DNA from: an uncultured SAR86 cluster bacterium
GTDB lineage: Bacteria; Pseudomonadota; Gammaproteobacteria; Magnimaribacterales; D2472
Assembly: GCA_902594005.1 (NCBI GenBank)
Contig: CACJKN010000002.1
Span: 3,639 to 67,638 of the forward strand
Reading direction: 5' to 3'
DNA: 64,000 nt
Part shown: positions 28,147 to 37,853 of the stretch, one piece after another
Position numbering within the stretch: position 1 is the first letter of the stretch
How the letters are laid out: every line of letters starts with the position of its first letter
Notes under the pieces: generated by a model
The model's input: only the letters and a program-made list of their open reading frames with translations
The model's database searches: none
What the model was told of the DNA's origin: nothing
Program-made: the position numbers and the translations under genes

Positions 28147-29109
28147 CTAGTTATTATATGTTCTTGTTGTAATAGTAGCTCTTCCCTTCTCTATTGTAAT
28201 TAAAGATTTGCTTTTGAATGTAAAATTTTCATAAATCGTATCAGACATTAAATAAAAACTTTCTGTATTAGTTGAAAAATTATTCATGCTTTTATCGGGT
28301 AAGTAGTTTGTAAATACTTCTTTAAATTCTTCAATGGTTTTGAATCCATCAACAGGGCTATTCATGATCAAATATTCTGCATCATCTATTGATATACCCA
28401 AATAAGATGCAAGAACAAGAGCGTCTTCTAACTCAAGTGTATTTACATTTATATTTGTTTTTTCAGAATATGGAATAACGCATATGTATTTCTTCAGATC
28501 ATTTAAATCAAACTCTCTTGAAGCTGGTAAGTTATTTAATTCTGAGAAATCATAAAGAGTTCTTTTGGATGTATATTGTCTTGGTTCATTTATGGGGCCT
28601 GTATAAAAATAATCTTCATATCCGTTTGATCTTGGCTGATCATCATAATCAACCCAATCAATTATCTGGTCAATAAATGAATCAATTTGTCTTTCATCAT
28701 AATTAAGAAATATCAACATGTTACTCAAGATAGAGATAGACCTATCATTAGGAAGCTTGTTATTTTCTGCAGAAATTAGTAATGAATTTAAGTTAAAGCA
28801 ATTTGATGTATCTACTAATCTAGATCGAATAAGGAATCCATTACTTTCAAAAAATATTTCATCCTTCAATAATTGATCATTTTTTGTAAGGTATCCTTTG
28901 TTATATCTTAAATTTTGATCGATTAGATCTATTCCAAGACTTTCCATATTTCTTTGAAGCTGAATCGATGTTGATTGAAATTCAATATATGTTGATCTTT
29001 TGATAGATTTAAAAAATATTTCACCTAGAGATACGCTTATTCCAGAAAGAATAAGTACAATCAGTAGCACTGAGATTAACACTACTCCTCTTTTATTATC
29101 TGTATACAT
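28147..29109 (-). CDS. gspK: Type II secretion minor pseudopilin K
   Basis: RGVVLISVLLIVLILSGISVSL N-terminus typical of GspK (no Phe at +1). 320 aa. Confidence 0.75.
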   Translation of the reverse strand: MYTDNKRGVVLISVLLIVLILSGISVSLGEIFFKSIKRSTYIEFQSTSIQLQRNMESLGIDLIDQNLRYNKGYLTKNDQLLKDEIFFESNGFLIRSRLVDTSNCFNLNSLLISAENNKLPNDRSISILSNMLIFLNYDERQIDSFIDQIIDWVDYDDQPRSNGYEDYFYTGPINEPRQYTSKRTLYDFSELNNLPASREFDLNDLKKYICVIPYSEKTNINVNTLELEDALVLASYLGISIDDAEYLIMNSPVDGFKTIEEFKEVFTNYLPDKSMNNFSTNTESFYLMSDTIYENFTFKSKSLITIEKGRATITTRTYNN

Positions 29110-29683
29110 AATCTATGTTTGGATTAATAATTATTTCAAAATCTCTGTCCTTATCGTTTATCTCAATTTTCACAAGTTTTGGAATCTTATATGCTGCAGT
29201 TTGCCCAGCGGGCCACTCTGTGAACCATCTGTTATCGGATAAAAAAGATATTTCTAAATCGTCAATATTATTGAAAATAACTGAATCTATATGATCATCA
29301 TAATCATAAGGATCTGCTGTAAAGTAAACTCTTCTAATAAATTTTGTATCATTGAATAAATATTCAATTCTTGAGATAGACGATCTCGAACTATCAATTC
29401 TATTAATAAAACCAAGGAAAGTAATTTTCTTGTCTGTATTGCTCCCTATAAAATTAGGTAGCTGATTCCCAAAGTTATCTCGCATGGGTAAATTAACTGC
29501 TGACATAAGATCCCTTCTTATCGTGCTCACTCCTAAGTTAAATACTTTTATATCATCTACTTTTGATTTGCTTTGATTCCTTAAATCAATGGATGATTGA
29601 AGAAAGTTTGTAGAAACAATTGCAATTATGGAAAGAATAACTAAAGATATTAGTACTTCTATTAGTGTGAAACCTTTTTTCAT
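29096..29683 (-). CDS. gspJ: Type II secretion minor pseudopilin J
   Basis: Prepilin leader MKKGFTLIEVLISLVILSII. 195 aa. Confidence 0.8.
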   Translation of the reverse strand: MKKGFTLIEVLISLVILSIIAIVSTNFLQSSIDLRNQSKSKVDDIKVFNLGVSTIRRDLMSAVNLPMRDNFGNQLPNFIGSNTDKKITFLGFINRIDSSRSSISRIEYLFNDTKFIRRVYFTADPYDYDDHIDSVIFNNIDDLEISFLSDNRWFTEWPAGQTAAYKIPKLVKIEINDKDRDFEIIINPNIDYVYR

Positions 29684-30046
29684 TTAATTCTTTTTTAAAA
29701 AACCCTTAGTTTCATATACAACTTGGGAGTTATCTTTTTTGGTTATTTCTATTTGATATTCAATGTAAGATTTCATTGGGGCTTCATTAAATGTTTCTTT
29801 CCACTCCCACTCATCTCCATAAAAAACTAAGGAACCGCTTCTATTTTTTTGATTAAATGGTTTTTCTAAAGTATTAATTAAAGAAATCCTATTATTTGCT
29901 ATCTCTCTAGCAATTACTCTATTTTCTAAAGAGAAGATTGATAATGTTGTTGAGCTCAATGTTTGATAAACCGACATAACAGCGACGCTAAGTATTAAAA
30001 GCGATACCGAAACCTCTATTAAGCTAAAACCTCTCTTAAAATTCAT
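29684..30046 (-). CDS. gspI: Type II secretion minor pseudopilin I
   Basis: MNFKRGFSLIEVSVSLLILSV leader. 120 aa. Confidence 0.8.
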   Translation of the reverse strand: MNFKRGFSLIEVSVSLLILSVAVMSVYQTLSSTTLSIFSLENRVIAREIANNRISLINTLEKPFNQKNRSGSLVFYGDEWEWKETFNEAPMKSYIEYQIEITKKDNSQVVYETKGFLKKN

Positions 30047-30536
30047 CAGTTCTTAAGAATTCTCCTCCATGAGTAAGAACAAAATTATATTTCTGATTAT
30101 TGTTGTAAAAAGTGAATTTTGCTCCTGTTGTTTCACCAGATGGATAAAATAAGATATATGGTAAATCTAGATCATCATTAGATAGCTTAAATTTAAGACC
30201 ATCGCTTGTTTCAATTTCTTTTTCAAAATCAATAAATTCATTCCAGGTGTAGCTATATATGGGTTTCGAGATTATTCCAGTTTCTTCATTAGTTATTTCA
30301 TAAACAGCCTGTTCATTTGTATTTGCATACCATCCTAAGACTTTTCCACGAATTATGCTTTCTTGGGAGATTTCAGAAAAGTTTTCTTCTAATGTCTTAG
30401 GTGAGTTACTAATGTTAACAATATTGGTATTCAGAAGAAGTATTGATGACATCAAGCCAATAATAACAATTACAATAAGTAATTCTATTAATGTAAATCC
30501 TGGTTTTTTATTTAAGCCAATTACCAAGGTCTGCAT
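30036..30536 (-). CDS. gspH: Type II secretion minor pseudopilin H
   Basis: KPGFTLIELLIVIVIIGLMS leader. I use the Met of MQTLVIGLNKKPGFTLIE (30536) rather than the track start at 30569. This still overlaps the gspG 3' end by 29 bp. Confidence 0.75.
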   Translation of the reverse strand: MQTLVIGLNKKPGFTLIELLIVIVIIGLMSSILLLNTNIVNISNSPKTLEENFSEISQESIIRGKVLGWYANTNEQAVYEITNEETGIISKPIYSYTWNEFIDFEKEIETSDGLKFKLSNDDLDLPYILFYPSGETTGAKFTFYNNNQKYNFVLTHGGEFLRTDEF

Positions 30537-30927
30537 TTTCACCTGTTCCTCCTTCCACTCCATCAGCACCTAAAGTGTAGACATCATAGGATGAGTTTTT
30601 TAAGCCAGGATACAGATATAGGTATTCTCTACCCCATGGATCTTGAGGGAAAGACTTTATATAACCTCCTTCAGGATAGAGTGACGGTCGTTTAAGATCT
30701 GACGGAGGAACAACTAATGACTGTATTCCTTGATCAGTAGTTGGGTAAGTTAGCTCATTAAATTTATAAAGCTCTAGCGCTTTCTCAATTTGTGAAATAT
30801 CTGCTCTCACTTTTTCTAAATTTGCTCTTTGGAGAAAAGGAGACACATTAACTGCAACTACTGTAGCTAGTATGCCGAGTATCACAATTACTGCCATAAG
30901 CTCAATTAAAGTAAATCCTTTTTTCAT
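30508..30927 (-). CDS. gspG: Type II secretion major pseudopilin G
   Basis: MKKGFTLIELMAVIVILGILA, DPWGREYLY and GADGVEGGTGENADLGNW are highly characteristic of GspG. Confidence 0.95.
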   Translation of the reverse strand: MKKGFTLIELMAVIVILGILATVVAVNVSPFLQRANLEKVRADISQIEKALELYKFNELTYPTTDQGIQSLVVPPSDLKRPSLYPEGGYIKSFPQDPWGREYLYLYPGLKNSSYDVYTLGADGVEGGTGENADLGNWLK

Positions 30928-30929
30928 AA

Positions 30930-32123
30930 TTAATTTAATATTAGTGTGTTCATTTGCATTATAGGAATAAGTATAGCCATAACGATTAAAAGAATAAATC
31001 CACCCATCACAATAATGATTAATGGCTCTATGAGAGATAAGACAGTTGAGCGAGTTGTTTCAATCTCAGATTTCATAAAGTTAGAAGCTTTTTTGAACAT
31101 CGGAGTGAGATTGCCAGACCTATAACCGCTGGAAATGAGTTGGTTAAAGATATCTGGAAATATTTGTTCGCGGGTTAAAGCACGTGAAAAATCAGAACCC
31201 TCTTTTACTGACTTTATTATTTTGTTAAGACGATCTTTAAGATAAGCATTATTCAAAACATCAGATGTTTCTTTTAGCGCATCGTCTAGAACTATCCCTG
31301 ATGACATTAATAAGTACATAGTGCTACTGAATCTTTCAGTCTCAGATTTTAATAAAAATCCTCCAAATATTGGAATTTTAAGAAATATTCTATGAATATT
31401 TATTGCCTTATCAGTACTTAGTAACCTCTTATAATAGAAAAAAGAAACACCTAATATCAGTATAATAGAGGGAATTATATAAATCATATTTGAAGATATA
31501 TTCATTAATATTGATGTAAGTAAGGGAAGATCAACGCCTGATTTAACGAATTGATTTACAACCTGGGGCATTACAAAAGTAAGTAGTGAAATTACTACAA
31601 CAATTGAAAAAGAAAAAAGAATAAACGGATATGTTAAAGCAGTCCGAACTTTCTGATTAATAGATAAACTTTCTTCGAGATAATCTGACAATGATTTAAA
31701 CATCTCAACAAGCCTTCCTGAAGTATCACCAGCTTTAATTAAAGATACATATGTATTATCAAAAACTTGAGGGTAAGCCTCCATAGCATTACCTAGTCTT
31801 TTGCCCTGAATTATTTCATCCCTTAAATTAAATAATATATTTTTTAAATCTTTATTTTTAACTTGCTCAGCAGTCATTTTTAAAGCCTCATCAATTTGAG
31901 CAGCTGCCTCAAGAAGTGTGCCAATTTGCCTAGTAGCAAGAACCAAATCCTTATTTTTGATTTTATATCTTTTGGTAGTTTGAGATTTTATTTCTTTAAG
32001 TTTGTGTGGTATTAAATTTAGACTTTTTATTTCCTTTCTTGCCAATCTTTCACTTTCGGCATTTATAAATCCTGATTGAACTGAGCCTTCAGAATCAAAA
32101 GCCTTATAACTATACGAAGGCAT
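30930..32123 (-). CDS. gspF: Type II secretion inner-membrane platform protein F
   Basis: 397 aa, duplicated GspF domain, 3 TM. Located between gspE and gspG. Confidence 0.9.
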   Translation of the reverse strand: MPSYSYKAFDSEGSVQSGFINAESERLARKEIKSLNLIPHKLKEIKSQTTKRYKIKNKDLVLATRQIGTLLEAAAQIDEALKMTAEQVKNKDLKNILFNLRDEIIQGKRLGNAMEAYPQVFDNTYVSLIKAGDTSGRLVEMFKSLSDYLEESLSINQKVRTALTYPFILFSFSIVVVISLLTFVMPQVVNQFVKSGVDLPLLTSILMNISSNMIYIIPSIILILGVSFFYYKRLLSTDKAINIHRIFLKIPIFGGFLLKSETERFSSTMYLLMSSGIVLDDALKETSDVLNNAYLKDRLNKIIKSVKEGSDFSRALTREQIFPDIFNQLISSGYRSGNLTPMFKKASNFMKSEIETTRSTVLSLIEPLIIIVMGGFILLIVMAILIPIMQMNTLILN

Positions 32124-33615
32124 CTTCTTTTATATTGTTAGATCTAATGAGCTCATCACAAGACGTTATACCTTTTATAAGAAGATCTGAGCATGAAGAA
32201 TTTATAGACGGAGCATTTTTAAATACATACTCATTAATCTCATTCTCTGACTTTTCATTGTGAATCATGTCTTTAATGTTTTTATCAACATTTACGCACT
32301 CTGCAACAGCAATTCTTCCTTTGTATCCGGTACCATTACACTTATCACAGCCCTTGTGATCATAAACTTCAAGATTGTGCTTAAGACCAAACAAATCAGC
32401 AATGTCTTTGTTAATAGTGGTTTTAACTTTGCAGCTATCACATAACCTTCTTACAAGTCTTTGAGAAATTACTGTTTTCAAACTTGAAGATATTAAAAAT
32501 GATTCTATTCCCATATCTCTCAACCTAGTGATAGCTCCGACAGCGCTATTTGTGTGCACTGTTGATAAAACTAGATGGCCCGTTAAGCTAGCTTGAATAG
32601 CAATTTGGGCAGTTTCTGTATCTCTTATTTCTCCTACCATCACTACATCAGGATCTTGCCTTAGCATTGCACGTAATCCCGTAGCAAAAGAGTATCCAGT
32701 TTTTTGATTAACCTGTGTTTGGCCAATGCCCTTCAGGGTATATTCAATTGGATCCTCAACAGTAAGAATATTTTGAGACGAGTCACTAAGATCTCTAAGA
32801 CCAGCATAAAGTGTTGTAGTTTTTCCTGAGCCTGTTGGTCCAGTAACTAGAATAATACCTTCTGATTCACTTAAAGACTTCTTATAGGTTGAAAGTATTG
32901 TTTGCGGTAAACCAAGATCATTAATGTTAATTTGTGCTGATTGTTTATCTAAGAGTCTTAATACAATTCTTTCTCCATATGTAGATGGTAAAGTTGAAAC
33001 TCGAACATCAACATTTTTATCTCCTAGGGATAAAGAAACTCTTCCATCCTGTGGCAACCTCCTTTCAGAAATATCAAGTTTTGAAATAACCTTTAGTCTG
33101 GCAATAATTAATGGTGTGAGTCGAGGATCTTGAGATAAAACTTCCTGCAGTATTCCATCTATCCTATATCTTACTGATAAAGAATCTTCATAGGGCTCAA
33201 AGTGAATATCAGATGCTCTTAACTTAATTGCCTGACTTAAAATACCGTTTATAAGTTTTATGATTGGGGCATCATTGCTCCCGCTTAATAAATCTTCTGT
33301 AGCTGTAATTGTTCCTGCAAAAGTTTTAAGATCAAAATTATCTTTAAGTTCTTCTGAAAGTTCAGAGTTTTGTGAAATTACAGAAAAATTTGATGTTATG
33401 AGGTTATTTAATTCCTCAGCATTACAAATTTCTACTTTAAATGATTTACCTATATACCTAAATAGCTCCTGATGTATATCAAAGCTTAGCTCTGAAGTTG
33501 AATAAATTTTAATCTCGCCATTTTTATCTATTCCAAAGATATTATTCTGTTTTACGAAGTCGTAAGGAAGAATGCTCGATGTTTCTGCCACAACATCATT
33601 AGGTATATCAGACAT
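32110..33615 (-). CDS. gspE: Type II secretion ATPase E
   Basis: Walker A GPTGSGKTTTLY, Asp box, Walker B DPDVVMVGEIRD, His box, tetracysteine CDSC...CDKCNGTGYKGR. Confidence 0.95.
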   Translation of the reverse strand: MSDIPNDVVAETSSILPYDFVKQNNIFGIDKNGEIKIYSTSELSFDIHQELFRYIGKSFKVEICNAEELNNLITSNFSVISQNSELSEELKDNFDLKTFAGTITATEDLLSGSNDAPIIKLINGILSQAIKLRASDIHFEPYEDSLSVRYRIDGILQEVLSQDPRLTPLIIARLKVISKLDISERRLPQDGRVSLSLGDKNVDVRVSTLPSTYGERIVLRLLDKQSAQININDLGLPQTILSTYKKSLSESEGIILVTGPTGSGKTTTLYAGLRDLSDSSQNILTVEDPIEYTLKGIGQTQVNQKTGYSFATGLRAMLRQDPDVVMVGEIRDTETAQIAIQASLTGHLVLSTVHTNSAVGAITRLRDMGIESFLISSSLKTVISQRLVRRLCDSCKVKTTINKDIADLFGLKHNLEVYDHKGCDKCNGTGYKGRIAVAECVNVDKNIKDMIHNEKSENEINEYVFKNAPSINSSCSDLLIKGITSCDELIRSNNIKEDAFV

Positions 33616-35463
33616 TTATTTATCTTTTGTGAGGTCGATTAGCTTAGATTGCTGCTTAAGCAACTGTTCTGCTTTGATAAAATTATACTTTTCAGTCGAA
33701 ATCTGAGAAACCGATTCCGAGTCAACTAAAATCTTAGGTCTTAAAAAGACCATTAAATTCTTTTTAACTTTTGACTCACTGGATGATTGGAATAATTTAC
33801 CGAGAACTGGAATTGAACCAAGGACAGGAACTCTCTGAACATCTTCCTGAATATCTTCGTCAACCAAACCGCCCAAAACAATAATTTGATTATTATCTAC
33901 CAATACAGTTGTTTCTATTGTTCTTTTATTTGTAATTAAATCAGTAGTCCCGGTTAAAGGGCCAGCAACACCAGATACTTCCTGTTTTATCTCTAAGATA
34001 ACTGAATTTCCCTCATTAATTTGAGGCTTTACTGAAAGCTTTATACCAACCTCTTCTCTTGAGGTTGTCCTGAAGGGATTTGTATTATTTGAACCTAAAC
34101 TTTCACCTGTTGTAATAGGAATTTCCTGACCAATAACAGTAGAAGCTTCCTCATTGTCCATTGCCAATAATGATGTAGTAGTTAAGATATTAGAATTCTT
34201 ATCTGCATCTATAGCATTAATGATCGCTATCATGCTGTCATCATCCTCTGAAATTCTTCCAATACCTGCAATTATGCCCTGAGAGTTTAAAAGCGAATTA
34301 GCTGCAATATTTGAAAAATTAGCATTATCACCAGACTCAATTGCAGATCCTGTTAAACCTAGTAGATCAGGTCCTGTTCCATTTTGGAATCTAGTAATTC
34401 CAATAGGTATTTCTCCATCTTCTGCACCAGCAAAAATAGTTTCTACACCTAAACTTCTTGCGGCTGTTTCTGAGAGCTCAACGACTATAGCTTCTACTAA
34501 TACTTGAGCCCTTCTAATATCAAGCTTAGATATTAGATTTCTTATAGTCGCTATATTTGATTCATCACTAGATACAACAACAGAATTTGTTGGAGCATGG
34601 TATGTAACTATTGGTTTTTCTGATTCTGAAGAAATAAATCTTGAAGCTATAGAACTAACTATTCCTGCAACCTCCTCAGCATTAGCATATTTAAGGTATA
34701 TAACAGCGACTGAACCTTCACTAATTGCATCAGCATCTAGTTGCTGAAGTGTCTCTTTAATTATGTTTGTCGTAATTGAATTGGCAGATACTATTACAGA
34801 ATTTGATGCACTAAAAGAAATGGCAACAAAATTATTGATTGTAGGATTATTTTGGGATTTTAACTTCTCAAGAATTCTAACTGCCTCAACTGATGAGAGA
34901 TTCTTTAAGTCAACAATAGTTACACTTGCGGTGTTATCTTCATCTAATGACTGAACTACTTCCGTTATTCTTTCAACATTGCTTTTTCTATCAACGACAA
35001 GCAAAGAGTTAATTGATGCAATGCTTGAAACATTCGCTTGTCTTCCAGCGATTGGTTTAATAAGTGGTAAAAGCTCAACTGAAGATCTATTTTTAAGCTC
35101 AATGACTCTTGTAATAAATTCACCGCCAGATTCTCCAGAGTTTTGATCTCTTGTTGCTTCATTTTCAGGAACAATCCTAACAAAATTTTCATCATTAAGG
35201 GCGCTAAAACCATTAACCTGTATTGTTCGCAAATAAACATCCCAAACTTCATCAGAAGATAGTGATGAGTTAGAAAAGATTGTGACTTTCCCCTTTACTC
35301 TAGGATCAAGAATAATAGTTTTCTTTGAAAAATTAGCTATATCTTGAGTTACTTTTTTAATATCTACATCTTCATAATTAAGAATAAAAGTTTCCTGAGA
35401 TTGCACAACAAAAAATGCACATAATGTTGTCACTAATAAAGATTTTTTAAAAAAGCTATTCAT
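33616..35463 (-). CDS. gspD: Type II secretion secretin D
   Basis: 615 aa. Signal peptide, N0-N3 repeats, secretin core (VPVLGSIPVLGKLF, LMVFLRPKIL). Confidence 0.9.
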   Translation of the reverse strand: MNSFFKKSLLVTTLCAFFVVQSQETFILNYEDVDIKKVTQDIANFSKKTIILDPRVKGKVTIFSNSSLSSDEVWDVYLRTIQVNGFSALNDENFVRIVPENEATRDQNSGESGGEFITRVIELKNRSSVELLPLIKPIAGRQANVSSIASINSLLVVDRKSNVERITEVVQSLDEDNTASVTIVDLKNLSSVEAVRILEKLKSQNNPTINNFVAISFSASNSVIVSANSITTNIIKETLQQLDADAISEGSVAVIYLKYANAEEVAGIVSSIASRFISSESEKPIVTYHAPTNSVVVSSDESNIATIRNLISKLDIRRAQVLVEAIVVELSETAARSLGVETIFAGAEDGEIPIGITRFQNGTGPDLLGLTGSAIESGDNANFSNIAANSLLNSQGIIAGIGRISEDDDSMIAIINAIDADKNSNILTTTSLLAMDNEEASTVIGQEIPITTGESLGSNNTNPFRTTSREEVGIKLSVKPQINEGNSVILEIKQEVSGVAGPLTGTTDLITNKRTIETTVLVDNNQIIVLGGLVDEDIQEDVQRVPVLGSIPVLGKLFQSSSESKVKKNLMVFLRPKILVDSESVSQISTEKYNFIKAEQLLKQQSKLIDLTKDK

Positions 35464-35839
35464 TGCTAAACCTATTATTTATTGTAAATTTTTTACCTTG
35501 AAATTCAAAAATTATTACACTTTTATCAACTTGCACTAATTTATATTTATTTTCTAATAACTCATTTATCTGAACTACGTATTCTTTACCTCCCTTTTTT
35601 ACAATCACTGATGTATTCTCATCACCCAGTCTTACAGCGGATAATTCGTAGTTAAAGCTTGCAGGAGGTGTATTAGAAATATCGCTTCGTATAGTAGTGT
35701 TTTGAACATTGATTGGTCTAATTACAGAAAAATCCTCTATCTTATTAGAGCTATTCAAAATTAAAGTGTTAACAAGTAGATATGCTGATAGTGATATCAC
35801 TAAAAAGTAGAACACATATTTTAAATTTACTTTATTCAT
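35456..35839 (-). CDS. gspC: Minimal GspC-like protein (TM + HR domain only)
   Basis: 127 aa. N-terminal TM, then YELSAVRLGDENTSVIVKKGGKEYVVQINELLENKYKLVQVDKSVIIFEFQGKKFTI, which resembles the GspC/PilP HR fold pattern. 8-bp overlap with gspD. No PDZ or coiled-coil region. Confidence 0.55.
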   Translation of the reverse strand: MNKVNLKYVFYFLVISLSAYLLVNTLILNSSNKIEDFSVIRPINVQNTTIRSDISNTPPASFNYELSAVRLGDENTSVIVKKGGKEYVVQINELLENKYKLVQVDKSVIIFEFQGKKFTINNRFSNE

Positions 35840-35904
35840 ATTAAAAAACGAACTGAGTATTTTAGCTTATTTAAAAGTAATATACTCTAAAGAACTATCT
35901 TAAG

Positions 35905-37113
35905 TTAGGAATTGTAAATAGGGAGTGTAAACCAAAAGGTGCTACCTTTCTGCCTTCTTTTCATGACACCAACTTGACCACCAAGGCTTATTGTGAGATT
36001 TTTTACAATTGCAAGCCCAAGACCGCTCCCAGTTTTTTGGCTAGCTCTTGCATCTGGCGTTCTATAGAATCGCTTAAAAACTAGCTCTTGATCAGAACTT
36101 TGTATACCTATTCCAAGATCTTTAACTAAAACTTTAATGAAGTTCTTCTCTTTCTTTACCTCTATCTCAACCTCGCCTTCATCATTAGCTTTAGTATATT
36201 TAATAGCATTATCTAGAAGATTTGTCATGATTCTTTCAACGGCAGCCTCATCAGCTAGAACGTTGGGTAGTTTTTTTTCTATAAAATTAATATTTATTCC
36301 TTTCCTTTTAGCAGAACTGTAATGTGAATCTTTTACAATACTCACTACATCACATACATTTAATTCATTGAGATCTAAATGAATCTCGCCATAATCAATC
36401 CTCGACAAGTCTATTAAATCACTGACCAAGCCTGAGATCCTTTCTGTATTATGAAGAATAGCTTTAGTAAAGGTTTTTGCATCCTTCTTATTGTCAATAG
36501 CCCCGTTCATCAAAGTTTCAGCATTTGCAGAAATGACACTAACGGGAGTTCTTAATTCATGTGATAAATTCGAAATAAAATCTCTTCTCATAGAAGCATT
36601 TGCCCTTAATTCAGTAACATCATTAATGACAAGAATGATTTCGTTTGTTGTTTTTGATCTATTTATAGATCCAAGTAACCATTTAGGATTTGAACTTTCG
36701 CCTTGTATCTGAAATTCATATTGGAATAAGCCATCTTTTAAAGCATTTTTAAACATATTCTTTAATGCATTAATTTTTAAATCATTGATATTTTTATTTT
36801 TAAGGGATTTGATCTCAAATATCTTTAGCATGCTTTCATTTGCATATGTAATATCTCCAGATGTGCTAGCAAGCAGAACGCCCTCTCCCAAGTTATCTAA
36901 AACACTTCCAAAGGAATCTGTTTGCTTTGCAATCAATTTGAATCTTATGCGATTAATCCGCCAAACAACCAATGATGAAAATAATGAAAATAAAATAATA
37001 GTGATGCTAATTTCAAGATTAGAACTGTAAGCCCCATCAAAGTAGCTCTGAATTAAAAAGAACGATATAAATGAAATTAAGAAAACACTGAAGATTCTAA
37101 GAAAAGAAAACAT
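35905..37113 (-). CDS. phoR: Sensor histidine kinase, PhoR-like
   Basis: Two N-terminal TM, PAS-like segment, H-box FISNLSHELRTP, N box LLDNAIKYT, G boxes DLGIGI / GSGLGLAIV. Located 6 bp downstream of the PhoB-like regulator. Confidence 0.65.
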   Translation of the reverse strand: MFSFLRIFSVFLISFISFFLIQSYFDGAYSSNLEISITIILFSLFSSLVVWRINRIRFKLIAKQTDSFGSVLDNLGEGVLLASTSGDITYANESMLKIFEIKSLKNKNINDLKINALKNMFKNALKDGLFQYEFQIQGESSNPKWLLGSINRSKTTNEIILVINDVTELRANASMRRDFISNLSHELRTPVSVISANAETLMNGAIDNKKDAKTFTKAILHNTERISGLVSDLIDLSRIDYGEIHLDLNELNVCDVVSIVKDSHYSSAKRKGININFIEKKLPNVLADEAAVERIMTNLLDNAIKYTKANDEGEVEIEVKKEKNFIKVLVKDLGIGIQSSDQELVFKRFYRTPDARASQKTGSGLGLAIVKNLTISLGGQVGVMKRRQKGSTFWFTLPIYNS

Positions 37114-37119
37114 TAGACT

Positions 37120-37815
37120 CTAATCAGATGACCTAGAGAACCTATACCCAACACCTCTGATTGTTTGGATATGTTTACCCATTTCTTTGAGTTTTTCTCT
37201 TAATCTTTTAACGTGGGTATCGACGGTTCTGGTAGTAACATGGGATGAATATCCCCAAACTTCCTCTAGAAGCTGGTCACGGGTTTGAACCCTACCTCTT
37301 CTGTCAACTAGATGCTTTAAAAGTTTAAATTCCAAGGCAGTTAAATTTATCTCAACATCATTAACATAAACCTCATGAGAATCGTCATTAATATTCAAGC
37401 CATCAAAAGAAATGACTGTATTGGACTTTGAGGCTCCTTCCTGAGTATTTCTTTTTAATATTGCTTTGATTCTTAACATAAGCTCTCTTACGCTAAAAGG
37501 TTTTGTTACATAATCATCTGCGCCAAGCTCAAAACCAACCACTTTATCAACTTCATCCCCTTTAGCTGTAACAATTATTACAGGAATATCTTTATAAATG
37601 TTTGATGACTTAAGGGTTTTACAAAAGTCTAATCCCGAACCATCTGGAAGCATTAAATCAAGAATTATTAAAGATATGTTATTTGATGAAAGTTGGTCAT
37701 CAGCTTCTTGAAGATTAAGAGCACTTAAGGGGTGAAACCCTTCATTAGCTAAATTATAAGAAACTGTTTTATTTATATCTGGTTCGTCTTCTACTACTAA
37801 AATATGATGCGACAT
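37120..37815 (-). CDS. phoB: OmpR-family response regulator, PhoB-like
   Basis: Receiver ILVVEDEPD...LILDLMLPDGSG...TAKG. Winged helix LTALEFKLLKHL...VWGY...RTVDTHVKRLREKL...IQTIRGVGYRF. Confidence 0.7.
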   Translation of the reverse strand: MSHHILVVEDEPDINKTVSYNLANEGFHPLSALNLQEADDQLSSNNISLIILDLMLPDGSGLDFCKTLKSSNIYKDIPVIIVTAKGDEVDKVVGFELGADDYVTKPFSVRELMLRIKAILKRNTQEGASKSNTVISFDGLNINDDSHEVYVNDVEINLTALEFKLLKHLVDRRGRVQTRDQLLEEVWGYSSHVTTRTVDTHVKRLREKLKEMGKHIQTIRGVGYRFSRSSD

Positions 37816-37853
37816 AATTATTAATTAGTATTTATACATTATAAAGATAAAAT

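Noticed and set aside
35840-35904. Pho boxes upstream of gspC (35840-35904) and upstream of phoB (37816-37853)
   Set aside because: I read both strands and found no pair of CTGTCAT-like 7-mers at 11-bp spacing. This weakens the proposed PhoB control of the T2SS but does not exclude it, and that caveat is stated in the finding.
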